Positions 25,255-36,388 of a stretch of 39,116 bases of DNA are shown here, piece by piece. How positions within the stretch are numbered: the first letter of the stretch is position 1; every line of letters begins with the position of its first letter. The translations under genes and the position numbers were made by a program. Source of the stretch: Catajapyx aquilonaris (taxonomy: Eukaryota); NCBI GenBank assembly GCA_000934665.2, contig KZ537997.1:124001-163116 (forward strand). The letters are read 5' to 3'. The notes beneath the pieces are model-generated. The model searched no databases. It saw only the letters and a program-made list of their open reading frames with translations, and was not told the DNA's origin.

Positions 25255-25887
25255 ACTGAGCTATAGATGATACTATTTTGGTATAGGGCTGTAATGTTCA
25301 CAATTTTGGAACCAGTCGGTTCAGTAAAATATTTATTATTCATAGAATTTTGATGACATTAATGTTTTAAACTTGAAAGATTAATTTCACAATATATTGA
25401 GTAAATCTCAAACAAATTATTTCTCGATTTTATTAAAAGTTTCTTCATGCTTTTTAGAGTACGTCCTGAAAATATGAACCAGTTTTTCATTTCAGGTGAG
25501 CATAGCACCTAATAAACAACAAAACGTAACAAATTGAATGAACGGGCTACTTTATCATTTATACGCACTTTTTATTATAAATTATTAAATCTTCTGATGG
25601 CATGCACCAGTAATGCAAATATTCATATAGTATGCTGTCATATTTTCCATTAGAACAATTCTTTCATTGAATCTATGCAATTAATTTGTTGCTCTGACAT
25701 TAATTACATTGCATGGCATTAAAAAAAGGATATCTTAGTTCAGCATATTGCATCCAATGTACGAGCGATAGAATCGAAACAGTAGTCATCAGCCGGCAGC
25801 CTCAGAAATAGCAGATCAATATTATGTGCCATTTTGGAGTAGAGAAGAGGAACAGTTGCATGCTGTACCAACTGGGCGGGTGCTGAA

Positions 25888-26937
25888 ATGGGGAAGGGTT
25901 TGCTCCCTACACTCAAGACATGTTGCTTCTGCTTCAGTTTACGAAGTGGTTCAATTATAATATGTATGCTGGATATATTGGTAATTGCATTTGTGTTCAT
26001 CTTATTCGGGGGTTTGCACATTAATTTAATTGCACAAATTATCAATAATAATTCAGTGAATTGTGGACCTTTTACATTTTTGCTTAATAAGGGAACTGAC
26101 AATAATTTTAATAATTAGCGTCTGTGAAATATGAGACACAATAGTCGAATACACAATTGAATGCTTGTGTTTGGAGATAATATAGATGGTGCTAATTATC
26201 ATCAATCAACAGGTGAACGGTTTCTTGATATGCTTAATTGTTCGGGAGCAACTGTACAACAAGAAAGGAGTGATTCACTTATCGGGTGAGTCTGCATTTT
26301 AGGCATAAGTATTTAATAATTTATTAAAAAACCATTTTTTATTTAGAGGAAGTCCTGGGGAAAATATCTGCCCTTGCTGTCGTATGTACTGCAAGTCTTT
26401 GTTGCAGCCTTTTATGCCTCGTGGGAATCAGAAAAGTATGTTCACAGTGTGGCTCATATTTCAGAATACACACTGATGCTTCTGTTACAGGAGAACCCAA
26501 GATTCATGGGAGCTGCCCTGATAATACATGCTCTAAGAATTGCATTTTTCATCGGCAAAGAAATCTACTTTTTTATTACTTACCAGACAATGATCGATGT
26601 TTACGAATACGTAGCATTTGGCATATTTATATATTTCTTTTTAGTCTTGAATTCATATTATCATAAGTTGCGTCAGAACTTGCTGCCGCCTCAGGAGGCA
26701 GGGATTCCACCAGGGGGTCCTCCTCTTGCAACAGGATATGTCATGACTCAACCGGGCCAGTACCAAGGAATGCCACTTTCTTACGGACAACCTATTGTTG
26801 GTACACAGCCTCCAGTGACCCTTCCCATGTACCAGGTACAGGCACCGGGTGGACCACTTACTCAGCAAACAATGATGCCTGTTCCAAGTGCTCCACCGCC
26901 TAGCTACGATTCAGTATGTTCTCAAAGAACGCATTGA
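25888..26937 (+). CDS. LAPTM/DUF4728-like four-transmembrane protein, paralogue B (about 233 aa)
   Basis: Exons 25888-25980, 26213-26285, 26347-26435, 26491-26937. Motifs LPTLKTCCFCFSLRSGSIII, LLCLVGIRK|ENPRFM and YFFLVLNSYY; C-terminal PPPSYDSV. Confidence 0.85.
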
Positions 26938-27512
26938 TATATGAGATAATTGAACAAAGTGTGACCAGGATAAATGACCACAATAATTTAAATATGTAAG
27001 ATAAATACTAAATGTTGCTAAATTACTCATTTTCAACATATTGGTGTTACGGGTTACCTTTTATACTTGGGAAGAATAAAGTGTTGACAGAAGGTAACCT
27101 CTGGCACAATTTTTTGACAACTTTAATTAAAGCAGAATTTATAGCTAGCGATGTATCTGTTAGGCCTAGTTGCTCATTGATTGACTCAAAGTTTGATCGT
27201 AAACTGCCAATTATATGTGTTCAACTACTGTGCTCGCTACTAAATTGTGCTTCATGACGATACCTTTAATTGAAAAATGGGTATTACAATGGCCAAAAAA
27301 GCGAGGATATCAGTGACTACTGCTCATGAAAATGGTTACAAATCCGCTGGAAATGGCATGCAAAAAAAATTCAAAACTTTATATGTAAGTTTTAAAAACA
27401 CTGCATTTAAATAATCACAATGAGGCTTTAACCAACGGCATTTAATGATGAAATGTACAGAGAATACCAACTTGAAATGTCAGTTGCGTATTATATGGTA
27501 CGGTATATCGGT

Positions 27513-27618
27513 TGCAAATAGTCCCGGCCACTTCACACACCCCCCCACATCTCTTCACCGTGGGGCCTGTGCGAAGGGTTGCTTCAAGATCAGGATAAAG
27601 TGGCCGGAACTATTTGCA
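27513..27618. mobile_element. Degenerate Tc1/mariner-like MITE core
   Basis: 21-bp inverted repeat TGCAAATAGTCCCGGCCACTT (27513-27533) / AAGTGGCCGGAACTATTTGCA (27598-27618), one mismatch. Outer ends are decayed. Confidence 0.55.
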
Positions 27619-28156
27619 CATCGCACTTTGTAAATTTTCTGGGTTATTCATTTCATGTGTTTTACTGTAACCAAAATAATTGTTACTTGTAACACATTGC
27701 TATTAAAAATTAAATAGTACGTAACAAAGCAGGTGTAAATAGCCATGTAATGTGCGTGTATAAATGTGACCTGATGTCTAAGGAAACTGGCAACAAAATG
27801 TTTTCAGTTCAATGTTACATAAAATGTGTTTATAAATAAAAGTTACATGAACATGAACCAGGAGCATGTTTCATTTACATTTCAGATAAATATTTGGGGC
27901 ATTGTGAGCAATTTTTACATATTTATATACGATTATATTAATACAAAAATTTGCACCAATTTCAAGTTTTCTGCTAGTAGTAGTCATTTCCATAACTAAA
28001 ATGTTATACGATTTATTGATGGTTCGCAAAAAAAAATCTCAAGTTTAACTACCTTTATCTCAAGTTTAAGCATTTTAAAGATTTTCACACGTGTATTATT
28101 TTATTTGGGAGGAACATTTCATATTAGCATGGAAAAAAATACAGTTACTGGATGGA

Positions 28157-28191
28157 GGCGCCATCTGAGCTCTTAAACGACCAGATCGAAG
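28157..28191 (+). promoter_or_regulatory. Shared paralogue promoter element upstream of gene C (second box degenerate)
   Basis: GGCGCC-ATCTG-AGCTCT, then CAGATCGAAG at near-conserved spacing, followed by TCATT (Inr-like). Confidence 0.5.
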
Positions 28192-28228
28192 TTGCGGCAT
28201 CTCATTGGTGCATGGAAGTAGGCTAACA

Positions 28229-29447
28229 ATGGCGAACAAGCTACCTCAATTCAAGTCATGTTGCATGTGTTGCAGTGTGCGCACAGGTGCTACAGTTATT
28301 TGTGTTATAGAGATAGTGAGTATTTTACTATGTATATAGCAAAATAGTTGTATCGTTATACAGTAGCTGTAATACTGTACCTACAGTTATTTATGTATTC
28401 ATTTTTTTTCTCTATTTTGTCATTTTTCTATAAGATCTATTTGTTAAAACTAGTCAATATTTCACACTACACTAGGTTATATTTTGACAGGTTGTGGCCT
28501 GCTTCTTACTTGTGACAATTCGTGATGTAGTCAGAAAGATGGAAAAGGAAGAAGCGAGGAAGGTTAATGGAAGTGACCTAGACTTAAGAGGAATCGTACT
28601 TACCGACAGCCAGAAGAAATCACTTGAAAATGATGGAACCATAGAGCTTACTCAACATCAGAAGAAAAAGATACTCGCAAGTAAATGTTATTTAGAGTCA
28701 GTTACACTATTTTAAAATCCTCAATGAGAATGTCAATTTTCGAATAATTCCTGGTTGACATAATGTGATATTGCTGTGTACCATACAAAATGTAATAATG
28801 ACATTTCCTTTCATAGGTCAACCATACGCAATATTGGCGCGTGCGGTTATAATATATTTGACAAGCATCATATTCAATGTACTCTATCTTGTAGGAGTGA
28901 AAAAGGTACCGGCATATTCAATGTTCATAAAAGTCATAAACCGCTCATATGCTTACCAACATTACTTTTTGTATTACAGGAAAGGCCCAAATGTATGTTG
29001 CCAAATTTATGGATTCATGTGTTGGAAATAATACTTTACTCGTTAGAGGGTATAGTTTATTTATTTACAACTGAGATGTCAAGTAAGGATGGGATGACCC
29101 GGATACTAGAAATTGGTACAGCTACCTACTATTTTTTAGTCCTGAACTCATACTATCAGGAAATTTCCCAACAACAACAACAACAACAATCTCAGTCTGG
29201 GACATCTATTCCATTGGATACTCAGCAGGTAGCAGTGACACCAGGAGGAACAACGGTGCATATGACCGAGAGCAGTTTTATTAATCAACAACCTGTCCCA
29301 CCTCAATATGCTGTAATGCCTATGCCCATACCATATTCACAACCAGTGACTATGATCCAACAGCCTACCATGATGGATCCTTCGTGTGCACCTCCTACTT
29401 ATGATTCAGTGTTTCCTCCCAAAGAAACTCGCTCTGACCAGCCTTAG
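28229..29447 (+). CDS. LAPTM/DUF4728-like four-transmembrane protein, paralogue C (about 277 aa)
   Basis: Exons 28229-28315, 28491-28680, 28817-28905, 28980-29447. Motifs MANKLPQFKSCCMCCSVRTGATVI, LYLVGVKK|ERPKCM and YYFLVLNSYY; C-terminal APPTYDSV. Confidence 0.87.
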
Positions 29448-29572
29448 GATATACTATGGTAATATTGATCTTATCACAATTAGGTTACACTGGTGGTGAA
29501 TAATTTTAAATATGGTTAACCATGATTAGCTTTGTCGATTTTGTGGCTGATTGTGCCTCTGCATGAAACATA

Positions 29573-29758
29573 CACTCTTAACCATTTACCTTCTCTAGAG
29601 AGGGTAAAAAAGAGGCCCTTTTTTACCCTATATTTTCTAAGGTAATACATGTAAAATTTACCTTAGAATCAATTTACCCAAGAATATTTACCCTACAATG
29701 TAAGGTAAAAAATGGCCACTTTCTTACCCTCTCTAGAGAAGGTAAATGGTTAAGAGTG
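29573..29758 (+). mobile_element. 186-bp MITE with long TIRs and TA flanks (copy 1)
   Basis: 35-bp perfect TIR CACTCTTAACCATTTACCTTCTCTAGAGAGGGTAA, extending imperfectly to about 60 bp. TA on both sides and many internal TTACC/GGTAA units. CACT termini with a 2-bp TSD fit animal CACTA/EnSpm elements; Tc1/mariner is not excluded. Confidence 0.92.
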
Positions 29759-30714
29759 TACATTTGTCGAACTTTTTTTTAACCTAGTCAAATAGTCAGA
29801 TTATATTGACAATGACGTATGCAACGAATTTTTCTCCTTCAGTGTCTGATCAGATCATTCTTAGGACGCCGTCCATAATATTTCTAATTGAAGTTTCATC
29901 GATCTAATTCCATTAAATAATAAAATTAGTTGCATACAGTGGCTGAATCTTCCAAAAAATGCAACTTAGGAAACATTGGTTCGTCCACTCTCTCTTGTTA
30001 GAGGAAGTAACTTTTATCATTCCGAAGGTGTAACAATGTTCAAATTTTAGTCTTTCAAGTTGATTATGCAAACTGCATGGATCGTAATAATTACTTCCAC
30101 AATACGATTTTTGAGTAGGCGTATAATCTTAATTACTGTGATTTCATCGCCTTTGTGAGCCCTAAATAATGGGCAGACAATAAAATACATTGTTGTCGTT
30201 TCATATTGTGTAAAATGTTTATCGAGACTTTGTTTTTGATGACGTGTTCCAGTAAAATGACAAGTGCTATTTATATCCAGTTGTATCATAATTGTATAGT
30301 TCATTTCATATCAATATGTAAGTTACCTTTTCAGTTGTTCAATAAGACTGAATTAATGATTACAAATATTAAGTGCTATTGAATATGAGTGGACTTAACT
30401 CGTTATTTAGTTTTAAGTGTAGTCAGTTTTACAGTAGAAAGTGCATCTCATTACACGATGACAATAATAAAATCAATATGACAATTATAAATATTTGATC
30501 TATTTTTAAATTAAAATGTCCCATATGATGTACTGTATCTGCCATATTCAATTGATTCTTCAGATGTTTTTAAACATGATTTTTTTCCAACACTCGCCTA
30601 ATTTGATTGCCCAGTAGAATATTTAAACAGTATGTAGATGACAGCTATTTGTATAAGATTGGATCTAACGCTGTGTAAACTGCAAAAAAAAAGAGTGGTG
30701 ACGTAATATTGAAG

Positions 30715-30747
30715 GGCGCCCGCAAGACGCCACGAAAACAGATCGAA
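30715..30747 (+). promoter_or_regulatory. Shared paralogue promoter element upstream of gene D
   Basis: GGCGCC-CGCAA-GACGCC-N9-GATCGAA. Confidence 0.6.
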
Positions 30748-30808
30748 CTACTAGGCATTCATCTCTTTAGCCTTCGTCGTGGAGCAGTCACATGCTCCCA
30801 AGTGCTCA

Positions 30809-32287
30809 ATGATGTTGGTGGACAAAATTCCTGATTTCCAATCATGCTGCTTCTGCTGCAGTCTACGCACTGGAGTTGTTGTCATTTGCACACTGGATAT
30901 TGTAAGTAACTTTAAATATTATACTTGACAGAAATTATGTGCTCATTATTTACAATGAGATACTGCATTGCAAATAATTTTAAAAGTTTGAAGTGAATTT
31001 AAAATCAAGTGGGTTTAATTATTTTTGCTGCAATAATTTTAAACAAAAAAATTGTGCACATTATTATAATCGGTCGTTATATTGCATCTGCGTGTTTCAT
31101 TTGTCTGACTCCTATTGCGACGTTGCCGTTAGTTCATTGGGGTATAAAGAGGGGGGGGNNNNNNNNNNNNGGCACAACTCGAATAGTACATCTTGCGCAT
31201 GTTCTGACTCCCAATTATTTTGCAACGTCATGAAGCACTAAATATGAAATGTACACTGCTTGATTGTTGCTTAACGTAAATAATGGCAATTAACTAGTGT
31301 CTCCTGTAATTCAAGATTATTTCACATCCACATGCTCTTTTATCTCCATCTAATGCATCTATGATAAATTGCATTACAGTATCGCTAATCATAATTGTTC
31401 ACAGGTAGTGTCATCATTCTTCCTTGCAATTTTCACCGTTGCACTGAGTGTAAATTGGCAGCAAGAAAATGTGATTGAAAGACCATATCCAGTCATAAAA
31501 ATTACTGGATACAACATTGAACCTACTGAGATGATTCCTACTCCATTAAAAACAAGCCTTGCACGTAAGATAATAATTAAACCTTTATAAATGACATTTC
31601 TTTGAAAAATAAATACAGATACTGTACATATATTGAATTAAAAAATTTCATTGAATCACAGGTTATTTTTAATGGTTTTTCCTTCTCTGATAGGTACTCA
31701 CCCTTCAATTGTGTACGGACTGTACGTTTACCTTGTTCTGAATGCAGGTGTAAATATCTGTTACCTCATCGGGATCAAAATGGTTAGTACGGCAGGGCAT
31801 GTTAATTTGCATAATTTTTCACTTCATTGTTTTCTTACAGGAAAAGGATTTGCTTATGATCCCAAATATTATATTCCGATTAGTACGGATTGTTCTTTAC
31901 ACCATTGCGAATCTGATAGGTTTGTTCATAGCACATCCATCTCCAAATGAGGTCATTGGCTGGGTTATTGATGACACCCTAGCAGCCTATTTTTTGCTTG
32001 TGTTGCTCTCATACTACAAAAAGGTGGCCCTAGGCTTGCAGCCATGCACGATGATAATGACGCAGTGCGGTCCACACATCCTCCCGATGATGCCCAATAC
32101 TTGGCCCAATAGGCCATCTATGACTGAGACCAGCTTGATTCTTTCAAAGCAACAAGTTCAACAGAATCAGTATCAGTCGGTCGTTCCGTATGGAAGACAC
32201 CATCAGATGATGGCTCCTACAGCACACCAAGATCCTCCACCTTATGAAGAAGCATATTGTCAAAAAACAGGTTTCACTGAGCAGTGA
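30809..32287 (+). CDS. LAPTM/DUF4728-like four-transmembrane protein, paralogue D (about 262 aa)
   Basis: Exons 30809-30901, 31405-31564, 31694-31782, 31841-32287. Motifs KIPDFQSCCFCCSLRTGVVVI, CYLIGIKM|EKDLLM and YFLLVLLSYY; C-terminal PPPYEEA. Confidence 0.87.
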
Positions 32288-33537
32288 TTAATAAAAACCT
32301 GAGTATAATGTTCAGTACATATATGTGAAGATTGCTTACGTTGCAAACATTTCAATGCCAAAAATTAATCACAAAACATTTACAGTATTTAAAAAATAAC
32401 TTCAAAAAAGAGAATAAATGAACAATGCTATTCTTTGTAATATTTTGTAGAACCATTAAGAGTTGTTATTTATTTACATTTCAATTAATTTAGCTGAGCC
32501 AGTGGTTTTGTGTGTAGAATTAATTGAGAAATACACTTGTTAATAATCCGGACTGAATATCTCATTAAAATAGTTCCTGCAAGAGAATATGAATAGAAAA
32601 ATGCCTATTATAAACTTCCACATTATAACTAGCATGTATTCCAGTATTGGGAAAAATAAATGCCTTTCATTATTATGAGCACTGTTTATATTATTTCGTC
32701 AAAGTGGAAAAAACCTAGCTTCAAGCCTAGAAAATGATACATTTTGGTGAGACAGAGATAAATCTTTCACACCATTTATGATCATGGTAACATTTGGTCC
32801 AAATTGATCTTCCAATCCAGATGTGGCCCGGCCTGGTGTTGTTGCGAATCGTTCACAAAATGCTCCGAACGTGATCCTGATATGCACACTTATATTAACA
32901 CAAAAAAAAATTTCATTTTTTATTAAGAAAAGGCATACTTAAGTAATTTCAGTATTATTAATTTTAATAATGTTAGAAAATATTTATAATGATATTTAAC
33001 TAATGCCTCTGACTATTCCAAACCATCAGTAACACCCCCAAAAAAGACCAAATCAGCACCAGATGTCAGTGTGAATATGTGATCATTGTTGAAATATTGA
33101 GTATTGGAAAAATAGATCGCCATTGTGCTTGCAAAAAATGCAGTTATTACATGGATACCCCGCAAGGCATGCGTCCTGGGATCCAAGTTTTTGCACCCCC
33201 ACTTTTTTTTTCTTCTTTTTTTTGGATGCGGGACAAACTTGGCGCATACGCGCCACAAGGTATCAGGTTTGATATTGTAGCGGATAGGAAATTGGATGGC
33301 TCGCCATTCGATTTCCACCTTTCACACCCCTAGTCAGGTACGTCAATCTTAATCATCTTCAGAATATTAATCTGCTTACATTGTTGTCATACCTATTGAG
33401 AAATTGTTTTCTATAATATTGATACTTAAATCACACTTGTGCTAATATATTTTTTACTCGCATATAATTAGCATATGTTTAGCATAGTGTAACAATGAGG
33501 TGCAAAATCAATGTTCAATGTGGATGAAATTTTGAAG

Positions 33538-33571
33538 GGCGTCGTCGAGGCGCCCAAGAGGCAGATCGAAG
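33538..33571 (+). promoter_or_regulatory. Shared paralogue promoter element upstream of gene E
   Basis: GGCGTC-GTCGA-GGCGCC-N9-GATCGAAG. Confidence 0.6.
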
Positions 33572-33624
33572 TCCCAGCATCAATCCTGTGGCCTTCAGTA
33601 TTGTCCTTCAGTCGGCAACGTGTA

Positions 33625-34603
33625 ATGAAAAAGCTTCCACAACCAAAGACATGCTGCAATAATGTCAGTCTGCGTACCGGAGTCATCCTCATTTGCCTAG
33701 CAGATATTGTGAGTATATAAAATATTTTCAATAATATTGTTTTTAATATTGTTTTACACCTGGCACACAAAATTGGGTCACACAATAATAAATTGTTATT
33801 GTAAGTGTTATTAATATTAAAATTAAATTAATGACGCATTCTGTCAACAGGCAGCATCAGCTTACTTAATAGTGGCTGTTAGCGTGGGTTTCACTCATTT
33901 GCAAAAATACGATGCGATTGAAGTTCCATCGCTAATTAAATGGAAGAGTGAAGCCTCTAGAAATGCATCGGATATTATTTCTGTCCCAATCAAAAGAGGT
34001 CGCGCAAGTAAGTTTGTTAAATAACAAAGGAAACTTTCTGACGTATAATTGGATGCGATTGAATATTTCAGGTCAAATGTATCCAGCACTTGTGTACGCG
34101 CTTATGGCCTACCTGATTATTAATGTCTTCTTCAACATCCTGTATCTCGTCGGAGTTAAAAAGGTTTGTAACATTTGTTTTTGTTAGTTTACGACAAACG
34201 TTACAAATATGTCCATTTTCAGGACAGTGCTTGCTACATGATGCCATCATTGGTAGCCCATGTCTTAGGCATACTCTTCTACACCATCGAAAATTGCATA
34301 TTTGCATTCACGGCATCAATGGAAGCACTGGAGCTGATTGGTTGGCTGATCGGAGAAGTGGTGGCCATCTACTTCTTCTTGGTCCTCAACTCTTACTACC
34401 AGCAGTTGTCGCAAGGATTTCTTCAACCTGAAACTATCGTATTGCCACCCGGAATTTTGGCAATGGTGTCAAAGGGTCAGAAGATGACAGAGAGTAGTTC
34501 CATAATCTCCCTACAACAAACGCAACTTCCTCAATACCAATCTGTTGTTACCCCAATTAACCATACTCCTCCTGCCCCAAATACTACCCCAACCAGCCAA
34601 TAA
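33625..34603 (+). CDS. LAPTM/DUF4728-like four-transmembrane protein, paralogue E (about 237 aa)
   Basis: Exons 33625-33708, 33851-34007, 34072-34163, 34223-34603. Motifs MKKLPQPKTCCNNVSLRTGVILI, LYLVGVKK|DSACYM and YFFLVLNSYYQQL. Confidence 0.87.
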
Positions 34604-34713
34604 TCAGGCCACAGTAGGCATTCTTCCAGACACTAGAAGATAATCGTTAAGTTTTGTAGACTATTAATCAGAAACGATTGTAGTGCTATAGAGCTTTGGC
34701 TCATTTCATGTTT

Positions 34714-34766
34714 AAACGAAACGAAACGAAACGAAATGAAACGAAACGAAACGAAACGAAACGAAA
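34714..34766. repeat. (AAACG)n pentanucleotide microsatellite, about 10 units
   Basis: Directly visible, with one AAATG variant unit; lies about 110 bp after the gene E stop codon. Confidence 0.95.
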
Positions 34767-36304
34767 TCTGTCGATATTCCTGCCCAGATTTGGCTCAATT
34801 TGCAGATGAGTAATGCAGGTGGTTCAAGGGGTTAATAACATGGCATTCTATCGAATTTTGTGGGGAAGAGAAAGAACAAGACCAATATACAGATTTGCCA
34901 ATATTATTCTTCCAATGCACTACTTCAGTAGTGATTGTTCAGAAATAATATATTATTTTATACAATTGCTGTTTGTTGTAAAATGACTCTAGGATATTGG
35001 TAGGAAATTATGATTACGACGCTATTGTACTGTTGATAGTTACATCTGATGGTAGTAAAATTATTTGAACAATTCGCCTGAAAGTTATAAGTGGCACGGT
35101 TACATTTAAACATGTTACACGCCTCAAGAGAGAGGAAATTGTAATTGTTACACCAGACACCAATTGAATGAGAACCTGTTGAAAGGATCGTGATGGTTCT
35201 CTTTAAACTGGTAGCTGGATTAAACAATCAATAATGTCTTCTGCCTATAATCGGCAAGGGAACGTACCACGATTATTTCCATTATGATATTGTAAACATG
35301 GTTAGAACTTGTCAATCATATAGGACTAATTATGTAAATTAGCATTGTAACAGGTATATTGCCTACAAATTCACATGACCGAAACCCATAAAAATATAAC
35401 GCGCCCCATGGTTCAGAGACTAGGTCAATGTTGATTGCTGATATGCATTATTGAGCTGAAGTACCTGTTGCCGCATGTAAGTATTGCCATTCCCATATTA
35501 CCTGTTACGGTACCGTATCATGCGGACATCAAGTTGAAATAACCCAATTAAAAGTGCCAATCTCCCCCATATTAACAATCGCTTGCTCATTATAACTAAC
35601 AGACAGGGATATAAACACGGTGACGTCCACCCCAAAACTATGAAACACACTATTATTTGTTGGCACCGTGCCTTTGAAACCTGCTAAGAGTTCAAGCTGT
35701 CCAATTGCGACATTTCAAGAACAATAATAAAGCCTTCGTTATTTTGCTCAACAATTATTTCCATGTATTATTCACCCACTTTAAAAAGAAAAAAAAATCC
35801 GTGACACATGTAATCTGAGCTCCACATTTTGATTGGAACGTACGCCGGTCGATATAATGGCACTTCAACCCCATTACATATTGAACTTCTATATATTACC
35901 CTCTCTCTATATATATTACCCTTTAAAAAATTGACTTACCCTACAAAAGTTACTTTTTCGCTCATTGTGCACTCTCGCGGCCGATACATTTTTTTTTTGC
36001 CAATTTTTTTGGCAAGTGGAACCGAGGCGCAGACGCGCCTCAGGGTTTTACAGTTGGAAGTGTAGGGAGATGGGGGAATGGGCGGGCCTGAATTCAACTC
36101 ATAAGTGCCTTTGGCTGCACAACTGGTAAGTCTTGCAAATCCACACTGCATCTAATATATCAGTACATACTAATATTTTAGCCAATATTGTGTTTAAAAA
36201 AAAAATTCTGTCGATATTACATATATGTGTCCTACACATATGTCTAGGTGTGAATAGGCCCAATTGTGGACAAAAGTGAGTGAAAAACCCATCGGTGACA
36301 CATC

Positions 36305-36338
36305 GGCGTCAACCAGGCGGCGAAGAACCAGATCGAAG
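36305..36338 (+). promoter_or_regulatory. Shared paralogue promoter element upstream of gene F
   Basis: GGCGTC-AACCA-GGCGGC-N9-GATCGAAG, followed by TCATT (Inr-like). Confidence 0.6.
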
Positions 36339-36388
36339 TCCCCCCCAGCATCATTCGGTCCTGAAAACAGCGTTGTCAAATTCAAGTA

